64,000 nt of DNA. Origin: an uncultured virus (IMG/VR IMGVR_UViG_3300022555_000054). Lineage: Duplodnaviria; Heunggongvirae; Uroviricota; Caudoviricetes. This document shows positions 18,081 through 25,239 of the stretch, piece after piece (the first letter of the stretch is position 1; the number at the start of each line of letters is the position of its first letter). Position numbers and translations under genes: made by a program. The stretch lies in the IMG/VR virus record IMGVR_UViG_3300022555_000054. One strand, 5' to 3'. The notes beneath the pieces were generated by a model. The model searched no databases and had not been told where the DNA came from. It saw only the letters and a program-made list of their open reading frames with translations.

Positions 18081-18831
18081 TCTCCATGGCACTCCAATTC
18101 GAGACGACGACCCGCAACGCCTGGCTGGACACCATCACCAGCAAAGTTGCCAGCAGCCGGCGGGCCAAGCTGTTGCGGCCCTTGGTCATGCATTTGGCGG
18201 TATCGAGAAGCTGACGGACGGCAACCAGTTCACCGGTGCCCCGGCGAGCGTCGGTCGTGAGGAGCAATCCCTCAATCCGCCGGTTGGACTCATCGATCCG
18301 ATGGTTCGCCTCGGTCAAGAGCGCAGCCTGCGCCTTGCACACGTTGGCGAGTTCGAGGACGGCGGTTCCGATCTGGCCGACTTCGGACTCGATGCCCGTG
18401 ACCTTGTGCGCCAGCATCCGGGCGATGCCATCGGTGCGGCGGATCAACTCTTCGTTCCCCGTCGCCTTGGCGAAGAAGTGGGCGAACAGCACGTCGGCGC
18501 ACTCGGTCTGGTAGGCGATGACCTTGGCGCGGGTTTCGAGGTTGGGAACCTTGTTCGGCTGGATCGTGGCGAGCCAGAAGCTTAGGCGGGATAGCGGTAG
18601 CGCCGTCATCTCTTGCAGGCCACCATTAGAAGGTATTGCGATATTCGCAATCCCTTGGCTGAGAACCGGGTGGGCCTGGATTTTGACGAACTGCGCCGCC
18701 CAGGAAAGCCCCATGCCCTCGACGACGGGCTTCATGGCAACCAGGGTGTCGGCGGGGGTTTCACCGCGGAGCGCGATCAGCTTGGCGCCGTGGAAATCGA
18801 CGGTGGTCAGTTGTGAACCGGTCATGGTCAT
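18052..18831 (-). CDS. Phage antirepressor (P22 Ant N-terminal domain); C terminus probably truncated
   Basis: VDFHG..L......VAMKPVVEGMGLSWAAQFVKI...LPLSRLSFWLATIQPNKV...YQTECADVL..HF. Confidence 0.85.
   Translation of the reverse strand: MTMTGSQLTTVDFHGAKLIALRGETPADTLVAMKPVVEGMGLSWAAQFVKIQAHPVLSQGIANIAIPSNGGLQEMTALPLSRLSFWLATIQPNKVPNLETRAKVIAYQTECADVLFAHFFAKATGNEELIRRTDGIARMLAHKVTGIESEVGQIGTAVLELANVCKAQAALLTEANHRIDESNRRIEGLLLTTDARRGTGELVAVRQLLDTAKCMTKGRNSLARRLLATLLVMVSSQALRVVVSNWSAMEISPSLGFRT
18086..18214 (+). pseudogene. 5' remnant of a virion structural gene cut off by the antirepressor island
   Basis: MALQFETTTRNAWLDTITSKV.. lies 5 nt after the previous stop, then runs into the antisense strand of the antirepressor and stops after 42 aa. 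Confidence 0.55.
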
Positions 18832-18837
18832 TTCCCC

Positions 18838-19035
18838 TCACGCCAGACGGACGAAGCAACGGCCGGTCGTATCAACCAGCCACGGACCTTGAGCGACCCA
18901 CGACGGGGTGGCGACCGGGTTGCTGATCTCGACCTGCGTCGAGCTGGCTCGGAACGTCGGGGGCAGGATGCGGCGCAGGAACGCGAAAACGGTTCGAGCG
19001 GAACGGGGCGATGTGGTAGGATTGCGGTTAGCCAT
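18838..19035 (-). CDS. Small protein, paralog of 20356-20523
   Basis: MANRNPT...LRRILPPTFRASSTQVEI...PSWVAQGPWLVDTTGRCFVRLA; GAGG RBS. Confidence 0.6.
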   Translation of the reverse strand: MANRNPTTSPRSARTVFAFLRRILPPTFRASSTQVEISNPVATPSWVAQGPWLVDTTGRCFVRLA

Positions 19036-19129
19036 TTTGGGCCTCGTGCGGCTTGGGGTGGTTAGGATGTTCCGGGAGATTGAGCCCTCCCGGTTCATCC
19101 GACTGAACGTCTCGTGTTCAGTTGAACTA

Positions 19130-19158
19130 AACATATTCATCAGACGCTCTTGCGTCAA
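19130..19158 (-). promoter_or_regulatory. Leftward promoter of antirepressor module 1
   Basis: TTGACG-N17-TATGTT. Confidence 0.6.
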
Positions 19159-19184
19159 GGCTTTTTTGAAGCTATTGTCATCAC

Positions 19185-19412
19185 ATGATGACGCCAGTTC
19201 AAAGCAGGATGGCCCGTGCGGCCTTGGGGTGGGGAACCCGCGATCTCGCCAGAGAGGCGGGAATCGGTGTTTCGACGGTTACTCGCTTCGAGACGGGGCA
19301 GAAAGAGCCCACCAAGGCCAACCTCGCCGCCATCCAGCGCGCCCTTGAGACAGCGGGCATCGAGTTCACGGACGACGGCGGGGTTCGGCCGAAGCCGCCA
19401 TGCGCCGGATAG
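19185..19412 (+). CDS. XRE-family HTH regulator (copy 1)
   Basis: QSRMARAALGWGTRDLAREAGIGVSTVTRFE...AIQRALETAGIEF. Confidence 0.9.
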   Translation: MMTPVQSRMARAALGWGTRDLAREAGIGVSTVTRFETGQKEPTKANLAAIQRALETAGIEFTDDGGVRPKPPCAG

Positions 19413-19762
19413 CTTCCGACTGGCACCGAGTTGGTATCGCCCGAGAGGCCGTCGAGCCGCTGGTGGCGGATTACGTCGCCCGCAACCGCGCCGACCCCTA
19501 CGCCGGTGCCGAGCATGACCGGCGGTTCGAGCGCGAGCTACACGCCATCGCCGACCAGCACGGCATGAGCGACGCACACCGGGCCGAGCTGTTCGGCATC
19601 GCGCAGGAAATGGTTGATGACGCGACCGTTGCGGCGCGGGCAGAAGTATTGGAAGCGATCCGGCGGCATCGCCCGCAGGTAATCATGGTGAAGCAGCCGA
19701 GCGGCTGTTCGCCGGTTCTTTGGATAGCCGCTATTCTGGCGGCGCTACTCATCATCAGGTGA
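19400..19762 (+). CDS. Hypothetical protein with C-terminal TM
   Basis: Typical codon use; VLWIAAILAALLII tail; start uncertain. Confidence 0.55.
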   Translation: MRRIASDWHRVGIAREAVEPLVADYVARNRADPYAGAEHDRRFERELHAIADQHGMSDAHRAELFGIAQEMVDDATVAARAEVLEAIRRHRPQVIMVKQPSGCSPVLWIAAILAALLIIR

Positions 19763-19765
19763 CAC

Positions 19766-20005
19766 ATGCAAGATCACAGACAAGCCGCTGCCCGCATGGT
19801 TGCGGCGGCGGAACTTCGCGTGGGCGCCCATGCCGCGCTGTATCAGGCCGCGTTTCTGCTGTGCGATGAGGTCGGCATGGAGCGGGAAAAGCGCATGGCG
19901 CAGACCGCCACGGATTCCCTGCTCCAGGCCCGTTCGGCGATGTCGGTGGCGATGTTCCCGAGCGAGGAAGCGGCTGCCGAGACGGCTGAGACTGCTGTCG
20001 GCTGA
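19766..20005 (+). CDS. Hypothetical protein
   Basis: AGGTG RBS; ends at a terminator. Confidence 0.55.
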   Translation: MQDHRQAAARMVAAAELRVGAHAALYQAAFLLCDEVGMEREKRMAQTATDSLLQARSAMSVAMFPSEEAAAETAETAVG

Positions 20006-20008
20006 TAA

Positions 20009-20039
20009 AGAAAAAACCCCGGTGGTTGGCCGGGGCTTT
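20009..20039. terminator. Bidirectional terminator between convergent genes
   Basis: AAAAAA-CCCCGG..CCGGGG-CTTT. Confidence 0.6.
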
Positions 20040-20051
20040 GAGGCGAGTGGG

Positions 20052-20342
20052 TCATGCAGTCCTGAGCGTCTTCTCCCACTCCAGATGCTTTGCGAGCTTC
20101 CGCAGGCTCCCAGCCAGCGGTTCGATAGCGTCGTCTCGGGCGCCGATCATGTTCTCAACGTGGTCGGCAACCGTCAGGCAGGCGTAGCGGACCATGGGGC
20201 TGAACTCGTCCAGCGGCAGCGACAGCACCTCTTCAACGAGCGCGCGGTGGCGATAGCGCAGGGTCTCGATGCTGAGGGATTTCGGTTGCGGGTCGCCGGC
20301 TAGGGCGCGGCGGGTGGCGAAGTCAATGACGGTTGCGGTCAT
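20052..20342 (-). CDS. Hypothetical protein
   Basis: GAGGGGG RBS before MTATVIDFATRR... Confidence 0.6.
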   Translation of the reverse strand: MTATVIDFATRRALAGDPQPKSLSIETLRYRHRALVEEVLSLPLDEFSPMVRYACLTVADHVENMIGARDDAIEPLAGSLRKLAKHLEWEKTLRTA

Positions 20343-20355
20343 CGTTCGATCCCCC

Positions 20356-20523
20356 TCACGCCATGCGAACGAACACGGACCCGGTACGGTCCACCAGCCA
20401 CGGCGTCGCCGGAACCTAGCTCGGCACGGACAGCGGCGGGGCGATCTCGACCTGAGACGAATTGGCCCGGAACGTGGCCGGCAAAATCCGGCGAAGGCGG
20501 GCGAGGACGGTGTGGTTGAACAT
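20356..20523 (-). pseudogene. Paralog of 18838-19035 with an in-frame TAG at a Trp position
   Basis: MFNHTVLARLRRILPATFRANSSQVEIAPPLSVPS*VPATPWLVDRTGSVFVRMA; TAG at 20418-20416 aligns with TGG in the paralog. Confidence 0.75.
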
Positions 20524-20565
20524 GGTTGGTCTCCGTGAGTCTGTACCGTTATCCGGTATGAACTA

Positions 20566-20641
20566 ACGATAACCGTTACAGCACCAGGCGTCAAGATGTT
20601 TTTCGTTATCTCTTGACGTTTTCCGTTAGCCGTGCGACAAC
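20566..20641. promoter_or_regulatory. Divergent promoter pair of module 2
   Basis: Minus strand TTGACG-N17-TATCGT (20594-20566); plus strand TTGACG-N17-GACAAC (20613-20641) giving a near-leaderless XRE mRNA. Confidence 0.6.
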
Positions 20642-20647
20642 CCTTTC

Positions 20648-20884
20648 ATGATGACGCCCGCCCAATGCCGCGCCGCACGCGCACTGATCGATTGTCCCCA
20701 AAAGCGCCTCGCTGAAGAGTCGCACCTGGGGGAAAGCACCATTCGAAACTTCGAGGCGGGGCGCTCTGTCCCGTCACACAACAATCTCGCTGCGATCCGC
20801 GCCGCTCTTGAAGCGGCTGGCGTGCAGTTCATCGAGAGGAATGGCGGCGGATATGGAGTCCGCCTCAGAGATCCGGGCGAATAG
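20648..20884 (+). CDS. XRE-family HTH regulator (copy 2)
   Basis: [31 protein letters not shown]...[13 protein letters not shown]. Confidence 0.9.
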   Translation: MMTPAQCRAARALIDCPQKRLAEESHLGESTIRNFEAGRSVPSHNNLAAIRAALEAAGVQFIERNGGGYGVRLRDPGE

Positions 20885-21001
20885 CTCGGCGAGGCCGACA
20901 ACAGCGACAGGTTCCTAGGCCAACGCGCTGTTGTCGGTCTCTTCCCCGGTTCCGGTTACCAGCCGGAGCCATCATCACCAACGGCTTAACAGGAGCCCCT
21001 G

Positions 21002-21793
21002 ATGACTGACCCGAAAATGCCCCACGATGGGGAAAAAGTAAACCTGCCGATTGCCTGCGTCGAAGGCGAGCCGCGTATCCTGGATACCGACCTTGCCAAA
21101 CGGCTGGGGTTCTCCAATCCCATCGATATCCGCAAGCTGGTCCGCCGGCACGAGGCGTCCCTCGCTGAATTTGGCACTGTTGCCACGGTGGCAAGAGTGA
21201 AGCGCGGCCAGGAAGCCACCGAATATCACCTCAGCCGCAAGCAGGCGATCTTCATCACCGCCAAGTCCGAGACGGCCGCCGCCACTGAGATCACCATCGA
21301 GATCATCGAGCGGTTTGACGCCTACGAGAAGGGTCTGACGCCGCCGAAGGTCGCCCGCGCTCTGCCGCCGGCAATGAGTGCCCGCCAGATGTATGCGGTC
21401 AGCAAGCTGATCAACACCGTGATGTCGGTCCTGCCGAACCTGGGCGAGAACTCGCGGCAGTCGTTCATCTCGACGGCGACGGAGGCCGCGCTGGGCCGGG
21501 CTCTGGTTCCGCAGCCGGTTCTTACGCAGGCGTCCTACACCACGACCGAGATTGCCGAGGAAGCCGGTATCTCTGCGCAACGGGCGGGAGCCATCGCCAA
21601 TCGCCACGGTCTGAAGGTTCCCGCGAACGGCGAGAACAGGATGTCGAAGTCGCAGTACAGCTCGAAGCAAGTGGAGCAGTTCCATTGGAACCCCACCGGC
21701 AAGGCCGCGCTGCTTGCGGCTATCGCTGCCGAGTTCGTGCCGTCCAGGGGCAACGGGGCCGAGCCGACCGTTCAACAAGAGGGCCGGGCCTAA
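21002..21793 (+). CDS. Antirepressor/Rha-like DNA-binding protein
   Basis: GEPRILDTDLAKRLGF..PIDIRKLVRR, EYHLSRKQA.FI..KSET, C-terminal YTTTEIAEEAGISAQRAG.IAN..GLK; AGGAG RBS. Confidence 0.75.
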   Translation: MTDPKMPHDGEKVNLPIACVEGEPRILDTDLAKRLGFSNPIDIRKLVRRHEASLAEFGTVATVARVKRGQEATEYHLSRKQAIFITAKSETAAATEITIEIIERFDAYEKGLTPPKVARALPPAMSARQMYAVSKLINTVMSVLPNLGENSRQSFISTATEAALGRALVPQPVLTQASYTTTEIAEEAGISAQRAGAIANRHGLKVPANGENRMSKSQYSSKQVEQFHWNPTGKAALLAAIAAEFVPSRGNGAEPTVQQEGRA

Positions 21794-21814
21794 CCATCCT
21801 GAGTTCGTAACCAG

Positions 21815-21847
21815 AAGGCGCTCGCTGAAAATGCGGGCGCCTTTTCT
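21815..21847 (+). terminator. Intrinsic terminator
   Basis: AAGGCGCTCGC...GCGGGCGCCTTTT. Confidence 0.6.
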
Positions 21848-21858
21848 TGTGAGGCGCC

Positions 21859-22368
21859 ATGCTCTGCACCACCGCGTCCGAATGGCAAAACGCTATCGGC
21901 CGGGTGCAGAAGAAGGTCGCCGACCTGCCTTCGCTGGCTCAGTTCCAGGTGGCGCAAGAGGCGCTGTATACTTGGCAGTGGGCGCGGGCGACTTGGAGTC
22001 CTCGAAACCCGAGCCGTTACTGGACTGGCCGATATAGAGGGTCCGTCACTATCGGGGTCGGGAGCAAAAATTTAGACGCGCTTCCTGAACACCCAGATGC
22101 GGCAGACGGAACTATTGTATGGCCTCCGGATAGGAGTGGGCCAAGGAATAAGCACCCAGACAGCCCATACATGCCAGTAGATACCGATCAGTTAATGCTT
22201 GGGCTACGGCCATCGGACAGCCCTCCCGTTGTCTATGTATCTGTTACTTTGCCATACGCTGAACGGGTTGAGCAAAACTCACCAGAACATCCCCGCGCTC
22301 TGGCGTGGGAAGCGGCGGCGCATCATCCGTACAACTGGCAAGCCCTCGCTGGGCCGCTGACGGGATAA
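21859..22368 (+). CDS. Neck/tail-completion protein (HK97 gp10-like)
   Basis: TGRYRGS and PYAERVE motifs; position before the tail terminator. Confidence 0.55.
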   Translation: MLCTTASEWQNAIGRVQKKVADLPSLAQFQVAQEALYTWQWARATWSPRNPSRYWTGRYRGSVTIGVGSKNLDALPEHPDAADGTIVWPPDRSGPRNKHPDSPYMPVDTDQLMLGLRPSDSPPVVYVSVTLPYAERVEQNSPEHPRALAWEAAAHHPYNWQALAGPLTG

Positions 22369-22371
22369 CCC

Positions 22372-22809
22372 ATGCCCCTCTCCACCGACGACATCAAGCA
22401 GACGATCCGAGACCGGTTCGCGCTGCTGATGACGGCTGTCCCGGCCGCCAACATCTTCTTTGAGCAATACCCGGAAGAGCCGGCCACGCTCGGCGGCGCG
22501 CCATGGTTCGAGCTGTACATCAAGATCGGCGGCATCAACCAAGTTGGCTTTGGCTCGACCGGCCAGGGCGACCGAGCATTCCGGTCCAACAGCAGCATCA
22601 CGATTTACGCCAACACTCCGATGGGGATTGGCACTTCGCTGTGCGACCAACTCATCGACGCGGCCCGCGCCATCTTCGAGGGCCAAGTCTTCGACGGGGC
22701 CGGTTGCCACATCCGCGTCACCTCGACCTCAGTTCCGCCGGCTGCCCCGCGCAACGGCTACCTGACCGGAACCGTCATGTTCACTTTCTGGGCTGACGGC
22801 TTCCAGTAA
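22372..22809 (+). CDS. Tail terminator protein
   Basis: Size, position before the tail tube gene, and I.IYANTP.G.G...F motif. Confidence 0.65.
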   Translation: MPLSTDDIKQTIRDRFALLMTAVPAANIFFEQYPEEPATLGGAPWFELYIKIGGINQVGFGSTGQGDRAFRSNSSITIYANTPMGIGTSLCDQLIDAARAIFEGQVFDGAGCHIRVTSTSVPPAAPRNGYLTGTVMFTFWADGFQ

Positions 22810-22881
22810 CCCAATCACCCCACCGCTGAAACCACATCAACCGGGCCATCGCCCGGCTCTTTTGCTTGAAAGGACTGTACG

Positions 22882-24321
22882 ATGGCCTTCGCCGTTACGA
22901 ACCTCATCAACATGGCCTACGGTGCGGAAGTCACCCCCGGCACCGTTCCCACGATCAGCTTCCAGCAGATGCGGGTGAAGGGCCAGAGCCTCAACCCGAA
23001 CCTGACCTACATCAAGTCGGGCGAGTTCCGCGCCGACCGCCAGATTCCCGACCAAATCCTCACCGATCAGTCGCCCGGCGGCGCGCTTGACCTCGAAGTC
23101 AGCTACGGCGCGGTGGATGACTTCTGGGCGGCTGTGCTCCAGAACGCGCTGACCTGGAGCGGCCCGGCCAACTTCCTGACCGGCGCCAGCGTGACCAGCT
23201 CCAGCGTCTTCACCGTGGCCTCGGGCGGCACCGCTGCGGTGGTCAACTCTCTGGTCTATTCCAAGGGCTGGACGACTGCCGGAAACAACGGCGTTAACGT
23301 CGTCACCGCCTCTTCGGGTACCACCATCACCGTCACCGGCACCCCGCTCACCATCGAATCCAGCGGCACCGGCAAGACGCTCGAAGTTATCGGCATCCAG
23401 GGCGCCAGCGGCGACATCACCGCCACCAGCAACGGCCTCGCCAGCACCACTCTTGACTTCACCACCCTCGGCCTCGCGGTCGGTCAGTGGCTCAAGCTCG
23501 GCGGCGCGCTTGCGGCCAACCAGTTCGCCATCAACGCGGCCAACAACGGCTTTGCCCGCATCACCGCCATCGCGGCCCATGCGCTGACCCTTGACAACCT
23601 GCCCACCGGCTGGGGCGTCGATGCCGGCACCGGCAAGTTGATCCGCATTCAGTTCTGCGACTACATCTGCAACGGCACCACGCAGACCGCGTTCACCCTG
23701 GAGCGGGCGCACACCGACGTTACGAACGGGTATTTCGACTTCTCCGGCATGTACCCGAACACTGCCAGCATCGCCTTCAAGGTCGGCGCCCTGCTGGACA
23801 GCAACATCAACTTCATGGGCCTCTCGACCACCCGCAATGCGGCCTCGCTCTCGACCGGCGCCTACACCGCCGCGCCGACGAACAGCGTGTTCAACGCGGC
23901 TTCCAACGTGGTCCGGGTTTACGAGGGCGGCGCCGCCTCCGGCAAAATCCAGGACTTCACCGCCAACCTGAACAACAACCTGCGGGCTCAGAAGGCGGTC
24001 GGCACACTCGGCAATGCCGGTATCGGTGTCGGGCAGTTCGAAGCGACGTTGCAGTTCAACATGTACCTCGTGACTGGCACCGGCACGGCCATTTACGACA
24101 AGTTCATCAACAGCACCCAGTCGTCGTTCTCCACCGCCATCCAAGACACGGCGGGCAATGCCTACCTGTTCACCTTCCCGGCGGTGAAGTACACGTCGTG
24201 CTCGGTCAATGCCGGCTCGGTCAACCAGGATTGCATCTTGGGCATGACCGCTGCCGCCAAGCTCGACACCCTCACCAACTGCATGTTCCAGATCGACCGC
24301 CTCGCTGTTTACGGCGCCTGA
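22882..24321 (+). CDS. Major tail tube protein
   Basis: E.TPG..P, SGEFRADRQ, GG..D.EVSYG, FTLER, NNNLR..AVG; strong codon bias; AAAGGA RBS. Confidence 0.85.
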   Translation: MAFAVTNLINMAYGAEVTPGTVPTISFQQMRVKGQSLNPNLTYIKSGEFRADRQIPDQILTDQSPGGALDLEVSYGAVDDFWAAVLQNALTWSGPANFLTGASVTSSSVFTVASGGTAAVVNSLVYSKGWTTAGNNGVNVVTASSGTTITVTGTPLTIESSGTGKTLEVIGIQGASGDITATSNGLASTTLDFTTLGLAVGQWLKLGGALAANQFAINAANNGFARITAIAAHALTLDNLPTGWGVDAGTGKLIRIQFCDYICNGTTQTAFTLERAHTDVTNGYFDFSGMYPNTASIAFKVGALLDSNINFMGLSTTRNAASLSTGAYTAAPTNSVFNAASNVVRVYEGGAASGKIQDFTANLNNNLRAQKAVGTLGNAGIGVGQFEATLQFNMYLVTGTGTAIYDKFINSTQSSFSTAIQDTAGNAYLFTFPAVKYTSCSVNAGSVNQDCILGMTAAAKLDTLTNCMFQIDRLAVYGA

Positions 24322-24333
24322 TCTTGACGAATA

Positions 24334-24413
24334 CCGGCCGACACCGGCCCCAACGTCCGAAAGGACGGCAGGGTTCGCGCGAACAGCAGGCGGGGGTGTC
24401 GGTCCCCGCCTGC
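24334..24413 (+). promoter_or_regulatory. Structured intergenic RNA with complementary hairpin loops (kissing loop)
   Basis: Loop CCGACA (24338-24343) is the exact complement of loop TGTCGG (24397-24402); CGTCC-GAAA-GGACG hairpin lies between them. Confidence 0.55.
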
Positions 24414-24446
24414 GCTAATTCCTTCCGACAAAGGATGCAATTCAAC

Positions 24447-24905
24447 ATGAGCATTTCGAACCTGAGGCGCCGTTTCGCGCTCGACCTGACCAAGGCCGAG
24501 ACTGGCGTTACCGCCGACCTTGGCGACGGCATCACCGTCACCATCGCCCGCTTCCTCAACCCGAAGCATGAAGCCGCACTGGAACGCGCCCGCGAGCCGT
24601 ACAAGGCATTGCTCGAAGCCGGCGGTAAAATCCCCGACGCCGAGTGGAAACGCGCCCAGTCGCGCGCTCTGGCCGAAGGCGTGCTGGTAGGCTGGGCCGG
24701 CGTCACCGACGAAGACGGCGCGGCCATCCCCTACAGCGTCGACGCGGCCGCCGACCTGCTGGCCGACGAGGAAATGATCTCGTTCCGCCAGATCGTCACC
24801 GCCAAGAGCCAGGAGCAGTCGCTGTTCCTGAAATACTCGGCGGGCGCTGCGGAAAAAAACTCCGTGACCTCGCCCGCTGGTATGGAGAGTGGTGCGAGCA
24901 GCTAA
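24447..24905 (+). CDS. Tail assembly chaperone (G)
   Basis: VLVGWAGVTDEDG..IPYS..AA..LL; ends ...EKNS; lies between tail tube and tape measure genes. Confidence 0.85.
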   Translation: MSISNLRRRFALDLTKAETGVTADLGDGITVTIARFLNPKHEAALERAREPYKALLEAGGKIPDAEWKRAQSRALAEGVLVGWAGVTDEDGAAIPYSVDAAADLLADEEMISFRQIVTAKSQEQSLFLKYSAGAAEKNSVTSPAGMESGASS

Positions 24906-25210
24906 GTTTTTTCCACGAGATCGTCGTCAGCAGCGGCGAAGTTCCCGAGGCGCTGGCGAATAAGCCCCGCCTCCCGGAAGCCCTCCAGGTCTATTGGACG
25001 GCATTCCACACCCTCTCGACATGCCGACCCGCCTCAATGGGCGGAATGCTCCCGATCCCCTGGGATGCCGTGCGCCGTTATGCGCGGCACCTCGGACTGA
25101 GGGGGCGGCATGACATCGACCATTTCTGCCGGCTGGTGATGGCAGCGGATGAAGACTTCCGCGCCGCCATTGCTGCCCGTCAGGAAAAGAAAGCGCAGCC
25201 GGCCGCTTAA
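24851..25210 (+). CDS. Tail assembly chaperone GT extension via -1 frameshift
   Basis: Slippery A AAA AAC (24854-24860); -1 frame KLRDLARWYGEW...YWTAFHTLSTCRPASMGG..PIPW has no start of its own. Confidence 0.8.
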   Translation, partial: GKKLRDLARWYGEWCEQLSFFHEIVVSSGEVPEALANKPRLPEALQVYWTAFHTLSTCRPASMGGMLPIPWDAVRRYARHLGLRGRHDIDHFCRLVMAADEDFRAAIAARQEKKAQPAA

Positions 25211-25239
25211 CGCCGGCACCCAATTCCCCCGAGGCGCCC

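Noticed and set aside
20416..20418. Genome-wide amber recoding
   Set aside because: Only one in-frame TAG was seen; TAG ends other genes normally (e.g. terS, terL) and no suppressor tRNA is present.
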